DNA of 64,000 nucleotides from Longimicrobiales bacterium (GCA_965249725.1 CBDFMQ010000002.1:2208001-2272000); one strand, 5' to 3'; positions 29,848-39,860 are shown, counted from the first letter of the stretch. Made by a program: numbers and translations. Notes: generated from the sequence alone by a model not told the origin.

Positions 29848-32800
29848 TCACCGGCTCCCCGCGATTCGATCCAAAAGGCCACGAATCTCGGAGATCGACG
29901 GGGGACCCCAACGGGCGAGTAGCACCTCGCCGTTCGCGTCCGTGACGATAGCGGCCGGCACTCCGTCCAGCCGGAGCTCGTCGAGCGCCGCATTCTTGAC
30001 GGCATTGATTTGGGTTGAACTGAGGTCCCGCAGGATCTCGTATGGCGGGTTGTTCATCTCCGCCCAGGCCTGGAAAGCGTCGGAAGTCTCCTCTTCGTCA
30101 TACGGAATGCCGTAGATCGCGAGGTCCTCGCTGCCGAACGTGGTCCGCAGCAGGTTGAGACTCGGGAGTTCCTCGAGACACGGGACGCACCACGTGGCCA
30201 TGGTCGTGTAGAGGATCAGTTGTCCAGGCGTTCCCCGGCGCGCATCCAGGATCCTTCCTGCGGGCGGGCGGACGTCCCGGGCCGAGCGGCGCCGGGGCAT
30301 CTGAGTTGAGGGATGATAGGGAGTCAGCACGAACGGTGCACCGGTGGGGGAGAGGGCCGGGTCCTCGTACGCGGTGACAAGGGTTCCGACGGGAACGGCG
30401 GTCGTGTCCCACGTCTCCCCGGAGGGCCATCGGACTCCAGGTGGTCCGCACGGTCTGACTCACCGATCCCTATGCGCATCGTGGGGGAGTTCTGGGCCGC
30501 AAGGCCTTCGCCGGCCCGGTGCTCCCGAAGCAGGGTGCGGCCGCCCAACTCGACGAGAACGCGGGCTCCGTATCCATCGCGAGCACTCCACTGGTCGTTG
30601 GAGCTGGCGACGCGATTGCCACCTTCGAAGCGCAAGGCCACGATTCCGGCACGATCACCTTCACCGTCTCCGATCTGGTTCCGGTAGAGCTGGAGTAGGG
30701 GGGCGTTGGCGTTCACTACCGCCAGGTCCTGCCAACCGTCGCGGTCGAAGTCGAGGACCGCGAACGCTCGGCCGTCCGCCGGATGATCCAGGCCGGAAAC
30801 CCCGGACACGTCGACGTAATCCTCGCCCCCTTGATTCAGAAATACGTGATTGCGTTCGTGTCCGCTGAAGGAGGCACCGCTGGCAAGTCGGTCGATCCCC
30901 CGCGCACCCACAAGGAACAGTTGCGGTGATTCCTCACCGTCCGTGCGTGCAACTGCACGCCAGAAATCTGTTCATATGTCAATCGGAAGCTCAACGGCCG
31001 ACGGGGCGGTGTAATAGCCGCTGAGCGCGTACAGGTCCAGATCAGTGTCATTGTCCAGATCGACGAACTGGCTTCCCCACCCCCATCCGGCCGCCTCGAC
31101 CAGCAGTCCAGGTCGCTCGAGGCTGGAGACCCGTTCGAACCTGCCGGGTGTGTTCCGGAACAGGGTGTTTCCGCGAGCCATGGAGGCCAACCTGGGATCC
31201 AGTTCGCCTAGTTGTTCCGTTATGCGAAGTCCTGCCTTGCTGTACATGTTCGTGACATAGAGGTCCTGGCGCCCGTCCCCGTCGAAATCTCCCCAGGATG
31301 CTCCCATGCCGAACCCGATATCGGAGGTTCCGGTAGCCTCGGTTATGTCGGTAAAGCGACCATGGCTCTCGTTGCGAAACAAGTTGTTAGGCGCCCAGTC
31401 ATTGACGACGTACACGTCCATATCGCCGTCGTCGTCGTAGTCGGCCCAGGTTGCCTGGTAGGAATTCTTGAACAGCCGTAACTCACCGACTTCTGCCGGT
31501 GCGAATCGGCCGCCGCCTAGATTCCTCAGCACGACGTTCGGTGGGCCAAAACGGTTCAGGACGACGTGGTGCTCTGAAGTTTCACGCAAGCGGATCAACT
31601 CTTCCGCATCACCAGACGGGAGATAGGAGGCCCATTTCCGGCTGGGCTCGTCAGTCGTGAGGCCCGCCGCATAGGTGGACACGTACAGGTCCAAGAGCCC
31701 GTCGTTATCATAATCCACGGCGGAAACTGCTGATGCAAATGCTGGCAGTGGTCCGTCGACCAGCTCATCGGACCGGTCGACGAACCGGCCCCGCTCGTTC
31801 ACCAGGTAGACGCTGGGGCGTAAGGTTCGTCCCAGGAACGCATCGACATCACCGTCATTGTCGAAATCGGCAAAAAGCGCTGAGGACGTGTGATCGGCGA
31901 TATCGAGGCCAACGGTCTCCGAGATCTCCTCGAATGTTCCATCTCCGTTGTTCTGGAAGAAGAGGTTGCGGCCCCAACGAGCCATGACGTAGATATCGTC
32001 GAATCCGTCTTGGTTGAGGTCCGTCACCGCGATTCCGGGATGACGATCGAAGGCTGGAATTTGGAAGAAGGGATGAGGCGGAGCGAAGCCCTCCACGCGC
32101 AAGAGCATGTTGAGTACGTGCTCTTCGTGGATCGAGCGTCGCGCACGGACGAGGGCCTTCGGAGCCAATACCTGATCGAGAACATCAGAAAAGAGCGGTC
32201 GACGCACCGACATGGTTTCTAGTCCCTCATTGTGCCAACCCACGATCTTCCAAGTCGGATCCGCTCCTTCTTCCAACGCCGGCTCCGGAGTCCAGGTGAC
32301 CTTCTGATGGCCGCGGATCCAGGACCGGCCGCCCCCCATACGTGCCAGCGCCTCGAAACCGATGTCCGTCTCCAGGAGCCCCGATCCATCGTCCAGCAGG
32401 GCGCCTCGAATCACATAGAACTTTGCGTGCTCAAAAAAGACGACGACGTCCAAGAGTGGCCGCCAAAGGGCGACGTCCTGACGAGCCACCGGTCCGGGAG
32501 ATCGAGGGTTGGCGCGGAATCCCGCCTCGACCGCGCCGAACCGGAGGTCCTGGGGGCTCCCGACGACGCGGATGTCGCGAACGGTGACCGAGTCACCAAA
32601 AGACTGACGGGCAGATGGATCTGGAAGCTGGAGATTCAAGACCGAGTGGGATAGGCGTCTTAGCTCCGGCCCCAACGCCACGATCGCTTCCTCCGCAGCT
32701 TCCATCTCAGTCCAAGAGGCACTGGGGACTGCCAGGAGGCTTCCCCAAGCACCCCATACCACGACGAAGCCCACCGCGATCGATGCGGTGGCCTGGATGG

Positions 32801-33041
32801 TGGAACCCGACCGGCGGGTGCTTCGCGTGGCGATGACCCAGAGGCCGGTAACGACGCACACCACCTGGAACGCCACGATCGCGGTCAAAAAGAGGATCGA
32901 GTCGACGCTCTGATCGCGGGCCAGAAGGCGCCCGACAGACCACTTGTTTACGGCCACCGCAGCTAGGACAAGAAGGACGCCGAGGCGGAGTGTCCAAAAA
33001 TGGTGACCCTGCGGGACCTCGTTTGCCGGTTCGCTCTTCAT
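29848..33041 (-). CDS. Membrane-anchored FG-GAP repeat + ASPIC/UnbV + TlpA-like thioredoxin fusion; candidate selenoprotein (TGA 30972-30974) with a 1-nt frameshift near 30434
   Basis: DxDxDG repeats; the TGA is in frame with the next ORF (PIDI-U-TDFWRAVA...SFSGHERN); ASPIC motif GARV...AQNS...GIG; adding one G restores LEVRWPSG and runs into ATWCVPC. Confidence 0.75.
30945..30960 (-). promoter_or_regulatory. Candidate bacterial SECIS hairpin
   Basis: GCGTGC-AGTT-GCACGC on the minus strand, 11 nt after the in-frame TGA. Confidence 0.65.
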
Positions 33042-33174
33042 CTGTTCAGCTTACGGGTTGGTCTACCCGGAGAGAAGTCGAATCAACTGCCTTCCCTGGC
33101 AAAGATCTGTCGGCGTCGCTCTGGCGCAAGGTCCGCGCCTGGTAGCCGGTTACAGCGCGAGCAGGGGAACGCCC

Positions 33175-33261
33175 CTGGACAGGTATATCGGACTGGACGT
33201 GCGTGCGTCAAGCTGCACGCTGGCGGTGGTAGGGCCGAGCGGCAAACGTCTGGGCACGCAC
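33175..33261 (+). mobile_element. IS110-family transposase N-terminal remnant
   Basis: (L)DRYIGLDVRASSCTLAVVGPSGKRLG, the first strand of the DEDD RuvC-like domain; CTG at the start position after a purine-rich RBS. Confidence 0.7.
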
Positions 33262-33618
33262 GGGTTACAGGGGAAAGCATCCATTGAAATGCTGGGCTGG
33301 GCGGTGTGGCCCGAGTCCCCAGGGATAGGCTATGCGCCCCTGGAGAGCCGAACGAAGCGATGGGCCACAGAGCCCCAGATAGAAGGATGGTTCCCGCTCC
33401 CGAGCGGAGAACGCCACGGCTGTGAAGGACTTTCGGACTGCGATGCGGAGCCGACCAGCGCACCCACCCCCGAGTCGTCGAACACTGGCAATTCAAAGCA
33501 AGCGGACGCCTGCGGCAAAAAGATGGACCGACGGCGTGTGGTGGGCGTGTGTATTGACCTCTGGCCCCGTGATGTCGGTCAGGGGGGGCCACACTTCACG
33601 GGAGGTCGCCCCTCTCCC

Positions 33619-34515
33619 TCACCCGTCACGCTCCGACAGGCGAGGAGCCCACTCGCCGGCCTTGAATGTCTCATGAACACTATTCCAATATTGGTCAATA
33701 TCAACATGTTTCCTTCCTGTTAGTATTAATTGCAGCCTCACATCTTTCTTGAAAATCAAAAATTCCCTGGTCACATCACATGATCGTGTCCAGTATCTTA
33801 TGATCTTTTTCGCAAATTCCCGCACCAACCTGACACGTGACGTTGTCTTAGCCCGATTCATCGTCCAATGATCCAACAATTCCAGTTTTAGTGAACGCAT
33901 TGTAGTAGAAAGTCCCTTTCTATTAAAAAATGCACATGAAGTTGGCTCATACGGGCTCTCTTCAACCGGGCAGTATAGAAAGTCCTTATTCTTGTAGGTT
34001 GGACCTACAAGCATTCCGCTTTCAATCAACAGAATACCCTTGTCGGATAAACAATCGGTCACCTTCTTCAATCCCCAGAAAGGATATCTAAGATGATATA
34101 ATACACCGAAACACAAGATTACGTCGAATAGTCCAAATTTGTCAGGAGTTAAGTCATATAGATTCAACTCATGCATTTGTACTTTAGATCCGAATAATGG
34201 AATCAAGAATTCGTCGGCTCCTTTAGATATATCATTATCAAGCCCAATGACTTCCGTCGCGCCTCTCCTTTCAGCCTCAAATGAAAAAAGACCATCACGA
34301 CACCCTATGTCGAGCACTTTCTTGTCTTGAAAATCTATGTTGTCCATAGATTTCAGGATAAAATCCCACATAACCTTAAATTGTGGAACACCAGATTTGG
34401 TGTATACACCATCCGCTACTTGTATGGTGTGATACCACGTATATTTGTCAGTGATACCTTGCAATGTTTCCGCTTGTTTGAGTGTGTCGCTATCTATGTC
34501 GTTGTCTTCTACCAC
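33619..34515 (-). CDS. Class I SAM-dependent methyltransferase (CmoB/DUF1698-like), AT-rich
   Basis: AAGGAGG RBS; WYHTI, VLDIGCRDGLFSF, FDVILCFGVLYHLRYP; visibly lower GC than the flanks. Confidence 0.85.
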   Translation of the reverse strand: MVEDNDIDSDTLKQAETLQGITDKYTWYHTIQVADGVYTKSGVPQFKVMWDFILKSMDNIDFQDKKVLDIGCRDGLFSFEAERRGATEVIGLDNDISKGADEFLIPLFGSKVQMHELNLYDLTPDKFGLFDVILCFGVLYHLRYPFWGLKKVTDCLSDKGILLIESGMLVGPTYKNKDFLYCPVEESPYEPTSCAFFNRKGLSTTMRSLKLELLDHWTMNRAKTTSRVRLVREFAKKIIRYWTRSCDVTREFLIFKKDVRLQLILTGRKHVDIDQYWNSVHETFKAGEWAPRLSERDG

Positions 34516-34683
34516 GACAATGCCTCCTTCATGCGTTGCGGGGGGTATCATGGGTGCGCTCACGCGGAACAACATCGCGTCGGACACCATGAACGTGCCG
34601 GCAAATCAATGAACGCTAGTACGGAACACCCCTCGACCCCAACATAGACACGCCAACGACGCCCGAGTAACACCACGGTAACG

Positions 34684-37600
34684 TTGTCTGTGACCGTGAC
34701 TCTAGGGGCACTCGTCATGCCCCTCCTCCTTCCGCAGTCTGCTTCGGCCCAGCAGGTCTCAACCCGCCGAACGGGGTCGATCGAGGTCCGGCTCGCGACA
34801 GCCAGCCGACAGGCCCAGCAGGTGGCCAACGCCGGGGCGGCGAAGGGCGCGCGTGCGATCGAAACCCTCCGTGAGTTAGCCAAGTTGCGGCAGACTCAGC
34901 CACAACTGGCGGCGGCACTGAACGGCGCGGGGTATTCGCCAGAGGACGTGCTGACCGCCCTGAGGGCGGAGTTCCGACCCAGACTCACGGCGCTGGTCAC
35001 GTGGACTGCGGAAGGCGGATACCTGAGTGATCCTCATCGGGCCGAGACTCTGGGACAGCTCTACGGCATGGCGATTCAGGCGAATCAGGTCGAGGATATC
35101 CTCTCCGGACTCGTCGAAGTCGGTGGCGCCACGACCTTCGAGCTGACCACGGCGGACACTCGTCTGACTTCCAACGCCAGCAATGATCGACGGGAGAGCC
35201 TCCGGCAGTTGAGGGATGCGGTCAGAAACGACGAAGCGTTGGCGGTCGCCGTTACGAGCACCGCTCGGTGGACGGCCAACCGGACCGCTGAGACGTGGTT
35301 GGGCATCGGGGCGACGCTGGAGACTGTGGCGTCGACCACCTATCGGGCCGCCGGCCAGAACGCGTGGCGGACGTATTCGGCGATCGTACAAGAGAACGAC
35401 GATCCGACCGCTACGACCAACGCCATGAGTAGCGGCCTCTCGATCGACGCGGCGGTCGTTTTCGCTGAGGCGGTCGCTGCAAACGCCTCGAATCAGCAGC
35501 TCACTGATCTTCTCGGGCTGGCTGCTCTGTCTCCTGAAGACGGCGCCCACCTCGTGGCGCTCCAGGGGGCGGGACTCCGTGCACAGGTCCAGCTGCTGGA
35601 GTACGCTTATGCGAACTCTCAGGGGGCGTGGGAAACATGGGCGGACTGGTACGTCCTGGTGCGCAGCCTCGGGGCCGAAGCTGATGAGGCCATCGATGTC
35701 GTGAACGAGGAGATCGCCTCGGCTGACCCGGCCGAAATTCTTGCGGCGGTTCGTGACAGTGATGGGGTCCAGGTGGTGGCTGCTGTAGTCGCGAGGGTCG
35801 TCGCCATGCTCGATCCGGTGGCCGCGATCATGCCGGTGATCCTCGTGGTCTACAACGTTGTCGATTTTCCGTCGGAGTTTTTCCAGGTTTTGGCAGCGTC
35901 CGGCTGGGACGCCACTGACCTCGTCGACGCTAGTGCCCTGTTCCAGGGTCTGCTGGAAACGGAGAGTGCCTCAATGCTGACCCAGACTGCATCGGTGGCC
36001 GGCCTCAGCAACGCGACCCAGAACGCGGGGATGCCGGCTGGGGTCCTACTCGCAGCCGTGTATCTCGAGAGCGCTTCCGGAGATGCGAACACCGCGCTGG
36101 GTTTGTTCGCATCACACATCGAAGGAGCGATGGCACAAACGATTCCGGTCGTCATCGACTTTCTCGCGAACGTCATTGGTCTCGACCAGATCGTCGACGC
36201 CCTCAGGAACGGGGTCGGGCTAGACCCGGCGCAGACGGCCAGCGCGCTCTTGGCGTCGTCTGTCGACGTGGTGGATGGCTTCAATGCCCTCCTCGATGAA
36301 CAGGGGGTCGCCAACCTCGACGACATCCTCACGTTCGGCAGGACCGTCGACTATCCCCCGGTCCCGGTGCTGACCGCCGCTCATGCTCGTTTCGGCCTCG
36401 GCCCGGTCGAATATTCGTTCGGCATGAGGGACGCGTTCTGGCCAACGCCCGACATCATCGAGGCCGTCTCGGTTGTGTCCCAGATGCCCGAGAGCTGGGT
36501 GCAGGGGCTGTTCGAGGAGATCACCATGACCCCCGCGGCCCTCTACGATCAGGCCCGTCAACAGGGCCAGAACGCGTTGGCGGCCGTCGAGTGGATGCTG
36601 GGCCAGGTCGAGGCGACCGCGACCCAGGTCATCGAGATTGTCATAGTCTACGGCGATGGTGATGTGCCGGTACTGGCCGACATCGCTGTCGGGCCGCTGG
36701 GGCTGACGGCCGAGACCACGGTCGAGGCGATCCAGCACCGGATCGTGGACATGCAGGATCAATACACCCAGACTCTCGTCTTTGGCTTGGTCTATTCAGT
36801 CTCCAATAGGGTGTTGGGCATGATGCAAGCGTTGTTCGACACGCAGCAGAAGCTCATGGCTGCCGGTGGGGAACCAGTCCACGTGCTTGGTGGAGCACGT
36901 TCGAACGGCATCACGTCCACCCAAGCCGTCGCGGCGCTAGTACAGAACGGCCATGCCGTCGCCGAGGCTGTCCCGTGGATGATCGAAGCCTACGGGTGGA
37001 CCGACCCGATGGAGGCCATGGGGGATCTCGTCGGAGGAGGGTATGAGGCTGGGGCTGCGATTCCCCGGGTCGTGGGCAGTTTCTTGGCTCAGATGAGCCT
37101 GGATGTCGCGGAAGAGATGTTCAATGAATACACCGACAACTTCGAGATCTACCTCCAGGCCTACCTTTCCGCCGTAGGCGGGATGGACTATCCGACCCTG
37201 GCATCGGGCATGATCCAGTGGGGCGCTACGCCCCTCGACATTCTCAATGCGGCGTGGGCGTTCGGAATGTCTTCAGAGGACTGGATCGAGTGGGCCGTCC
37301 TCTCTCAATATGCTCAGTTCATCGCCGCCGCGGCCGGGAACAGGGAGGTGCTAGTGGAGTCGGCTGAGGGTGCCGAAGACACGATGGTGGCGCGCGCCCT
37401 GGTTGTCGGCGCTTCGGCACAACAGGCCTGGGACCTCGCGATGGCTCTAGGGGCGACCCCAATCGCGACACTCCGAGTCGCCCTCCAGACGGTTGGAGAC
37501 GGATTCTTCAGCTTCGTGGACAACGTCGAACAGCACGTCCTGCCGATCGGACTCGGTCCGGTGCTTGCGATGATGAACAGCGCCGGTGCATCGGACGACG

Positions 37601-37980
37601 ACTTGGTTCAAATGGCCACAACTGTGTTCAACCCAAGTCTCTCGAACATGGCGGTTGGACTGAATCCCTACCTGTCCGGCGTCGAGCTTGTCGAGACCCT
37701 GATGGCGTCGGCGCGGGGCGCGGGTAGTTCGACACAGCAGGTGTACACCCAGACCGTGGCGGCACTGCTCGCGACCGACCGGACGGTGGACCAGGCATCT
37801 CTCGACATTCAGACCTTGATGATCCAAGAGCAGATGGTCGAGTCGGAGTTAGACGAAGCCGCGAGGTCGCTCAGCGAAGCCGGAATGGTCTTCCAGTCTG
37901 TCGTGAACTTCGTGGTGGGGGCTTCATCGATGGCCGCGACGGAGGCGGTGGCATTCCTGGTGGGACTGGGGATCAGCTGA
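34684..37980 (+). CDS. Large secreted alpha-helical repeat protein of unknown function
   Basis: 1098-aa ORF, signal peptide ending ASA-QQ, acidic, Ala/Val-rich, no Cys; recurring short G-x-x-x-x-(E/Q/D)-x-x-x-A helical units. Confidence 0.7.
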   Translation: MSVTVTLGALVMPLLLPQSASAQQVSTRRTGSIEVRLATASRQAQQVANAGAAKGARAIETLRELAKLRQTQPQLAAALNGAGYSPEDVLTALRAEFRPRLTALVTWTAEGGYLSDPHRAETLGQLYGMAIQANQVEDILSGLVEVGGATTFELTTADTRLTSNASNDRRESLRQLRDAVRNDEALAVAVTSTARWTANRTAETWLGIGATLETVASTTYRAAGQNAWRTYSAIVQENDDPTATTNAMSSGLSIDAAVVFAEAVAANASNQQLTDLLGLAALSPEDGAHLVALQGAGLRAQVQLLEYAYANSQGAWETWADWYVLVRSLGAEADEAIDVVNEEIASADPAEILAAVRDSDGVQVVAAVVARVVAMLDPVAAIMPVILVVYNVVDFPSEFFQVLAASGWDATDLVDASALFQGLLETESASMLTQTASVAGLSNATQNAGMPAGVLLAAVYLESASGDANTALGLFASHIEGAMAQTIPVVIDFLANVIGLDQIVDALRNGVGLDPAQTASALLASSVDVVDGFNALLDEQGVANLDDILTFGRTVDYPPVPVLTAAHARFGLGPVEYSFGMRDAFWPTPDIIEAVSVVSQMPESWVQGLFEEITMTPAALYDQARQQGQNALAAVEWMLGQVEATATQVIEIVIVYGDGDVPVLADIAVGPLGLTAETTVEAIQHRIVDMQDQYTQTLVFGLVYSVSNRVLGMMQALFDTQQKLMAAGGEPVHVLGGARSNGITSTQAVAALVQNGHAVAEAVPWMIEAYGWTDPMEAMGDLVGGGYEAGAAIPRVVGSFLAQMSLDVAEEMFNEYTDNFEIYLQAYLSAVGGMDYPTLASGMIQWGATPLDILNAAWAFGMSSEDWIEWAVLSQYAQFIAAAAGNREVLVESAEGAEDTMVARALVVGASAQQAWDLAMALGATPIATLRVALQTVGDGFFSFVDNVEQHVLPIGLGPVLAMMNSAGASDDDLVQMATTVFNPSLSNMAVGLNPYLSGVELVETLMASARGAGSSTQQVYTQTVAALLATDRTVDQASLDIQTLMIQEQMVESELDEAARSLSEAGMVFQSVVNFVVGASSMAATEAVAFLVGLGIS

Positions 37981-38029
37981 CGCACAGGGCTCTTCAGGGT
38001 CGCATGGCGTGGGAGAGGACCCTTCCGAT

Positions 38030-38155
38030 CCTCGCGAGCGCGATGACCTGATACCTAAACTTGGCATTGGGAGCCAGGACCCCGTGATAGCGGTGGCGGT
38101 GAATGCGTGGAGGGTGAATGAGTAGGGCGAGTCGCTCGAGGAATTCGAGGGGAGT
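38030..38155 (-). mobile_element. IS91-family transposase, catalytic-region fragment
   Basis: TPLEFLERLALLIHPPRIHRHRYHGVLAPNAKFR. Confidence 0.85.
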
Positions 38156-38347
38156 GGTGGAGTCGTTCTTCATTCCGTTCGCCTTTCCTTGAACCGCGTG
38201 GGGCAGCCTAATCACAGATTTCTCTTGCGTCCCGGAAGTGTGCCGAGCATGGTAGACGTTCCTGATAGACCCGCCTCTTCCCAGGAGCTTTCGATGGGAG
38301 TCTCCCAACTTCGGCATGGCCCACTGTCGGGTTAGACAGGTGGTCGG

Positions 38348-39799
38348 TTGGGGTTGCTGGGAGTCGTCCTTTCGCTCCTCGCGCCTGTGCCGCTTGCCGC
38401 GCAGACCGCGCCCGCAGTCAGCGAGGCTCGCGTGGTGCTCCAGGCATCGGGCGACGAGCATACGATCGGTCTCCGGGGCCAGGGGCTCGACGCCTTCACC
38501 GAGGTCCGGATCGTCCCCGTCGACGGGCGGACCCGGCCCGACGGGATCAAGGCGGCGCTCGGTGCGCTCCAGCGAGATACGCGATCCCTGAGCTTCTCCA
38601 CCAGTCCCGGAGCCCCAGCGGGCGACTTTACGGTCCAACTCGTGACCAGCCGAGGCGACGCGGTCAAGATCGATTTCACACTGACCGTAGACGCCGTGGA
38701 TGCGCCACCCGAGGTTGCAGACATCGCCGCTCCGCGGTCGGTAGAGGCTGGCCAGAGACTCCGACTCAGCGTGACCGCTCTCGACGATCAGGCGTTGTCC
38801 GAGTTGAGGGTGGAGTGGGTCGGCGGGAGCACGGTAGTGCGCCTTCGCGGTGAGACGAAGGAGATCGGAGAGGTGGTCGTCGAAGGCCTCGCATCGGGGT
38901 CGCAGAGTCTCGAGGTCGTAGCGGTGGACCGCGCGGGCAACCTGAGCGACCCGGTGGCGGTGACCGTGATGGTCATGGCCGATCAGCCGCCAACGGTGGT
39001 CTCCGTCGACTCCCCGTCTGAGGTGACCGTGGGCGAAGATCTCACCGTGAGCGTGAGCGCCGACGACGACCTGGGGCTGGCCACCGTCCAGTTGGTGTGG
39101 GTGGGGGGCAGTGCCACCGCACCGGCCGCCGGGACAAGCGACACGGCGACCCTGGCGATCTCGGGGCTGTCCGCCGGCGTGCACGAGATGGTCGTGACCG
39201 CTGTAGACGCGGCCGGGAACACCAGCGACCCCATCACGGTCACGGTCGAATCTCTCGAGGTCGTCGCCCCCACCCTCGCCGGTCTGTCACTCTCGGGGGC
39301 CACGGTGGAGAGGACCCAGGCCTTCAGCGGGACCGTCACGCTCGATGTCCCCGCTCCCACAGACGTGACTGTCGCTCTTTCAGCGACGCCCCTCGTCACG
39401 GTGCCGAGCTCCGTTACGGTCATGGCCGGGGCACGGTCGGCTACGTTCGACGGTGTCGCCGGACCGGACGCGGGCGGCGCGGCCGTCACCGCGTCCTACG
39501 GGGACGACCAGCAGCAGGCGATCGTGGAGGTGCTCGCCACGACGCCGGCGTACGACCCCGTGGTCGTGCCGGCCGGGCTGTTCCAGTTCACGCTCGATCC
39601 GATAGTCGAGGCGGCATCGTTTGACCCCGTGGTCGTGCCGGCTGGGGTCTTCCAGTTCACGCTCGATCCGATAGTCGAGGCGGCATCGTTCGACCCGATC
39701 GTGATCCCCGTGGGCACCTTTCAGTTCACGCTCGATCCCAACGTCCCCGGAGGTGGTGATAGGCCGGACCAGCCGGACTACGACGGAGCGAACCCATGA
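38348..39799 (+). CDS. Secreted Ig-like (Big) domain protein with C-terminal 23-aa repeats
   Basis: Signal peptide; repeated V.A.DD..L..V.....G...V.AVD.AGN.SDP units; a better start at 38294 is blocked by TAG at 38333. Confidence 0.75.
   Translation: MGLLGVVLSLLAPVPLAAQTAPAVSEARVVLQASGDEHTIGLRGQGLDAFTEVRIVPVDGRTRPDGIKAALGALQRDTRSLSFSTSPGAPAGDFTVQLVTSRGDAVKIDFTLTVDAVDAPPEVADIAAPRSVEAGQRLRLSVTALDDQALSELRVEWVGGSTVVRLRGETKEIGEVVVEGLASGSQSLEVVAVDRAGNLSDPVAVTVMVMADQPPTVVSVDSPSEVTVGEDLTVSVSADDDLGLATVQLVWVGGSATAPAAGTSDTATLAISGLSAGVHEMVVTAVDAAGNTSDPITVTVESLEVVAPTLAGLSLSGATVERTQAFSGTVTLDVPAPTDVTVALSATPLVTVPSSVTVMAGARSATFDGVAGPDAGGAAVTASYGDDQQQAIVEVLATTPAYDPVVVPAGLFQFTLDPIVEAASFDPVVVPAGVFQFTLDPIVEAASFDPIVIPVGTFQFTLDPNVPGGGDRPDQPDYDGANP
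39554..39739 (+). repeat. 69-nt coding tandem repeat x2.7 (DPVVVPAGxFQFTLDPIVEAASF)
   Basis: Units start at 39554, 39623 and 39692. Confidence 0.9.
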
Positions 39800-39860
39800 G
39801 GAGGGCCCCTTGAGGCGGATTCAGCGCACGAGACGAAGCTATGAGCCGGGAGAGGCAGCC

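Noticed and set aside
26975..33041. Enediyne-type biosynthetic cluster (because of UnbV)
   Set aside because: No PKS, UnbU/UnbL-like or cognate thioesterase genes nearby
38333..38335. Pyrrolysine or TAG recoding
   Set aside because: It falls in a signal-peptide region, no pyl genes are present, and many genes here use TAG as a normal stop
37994..39184. 396-aa ORF as an intact transposase
   Set aside because: Only about 42 codons resemble an IS91 transposase; the rest is antisense to the Ig-like gene
39554..39739. 69-nt periodic repeat as a CRISPR array
   Set aside because: The whole unit repeats, with mostly codon-level variation inside an ORF
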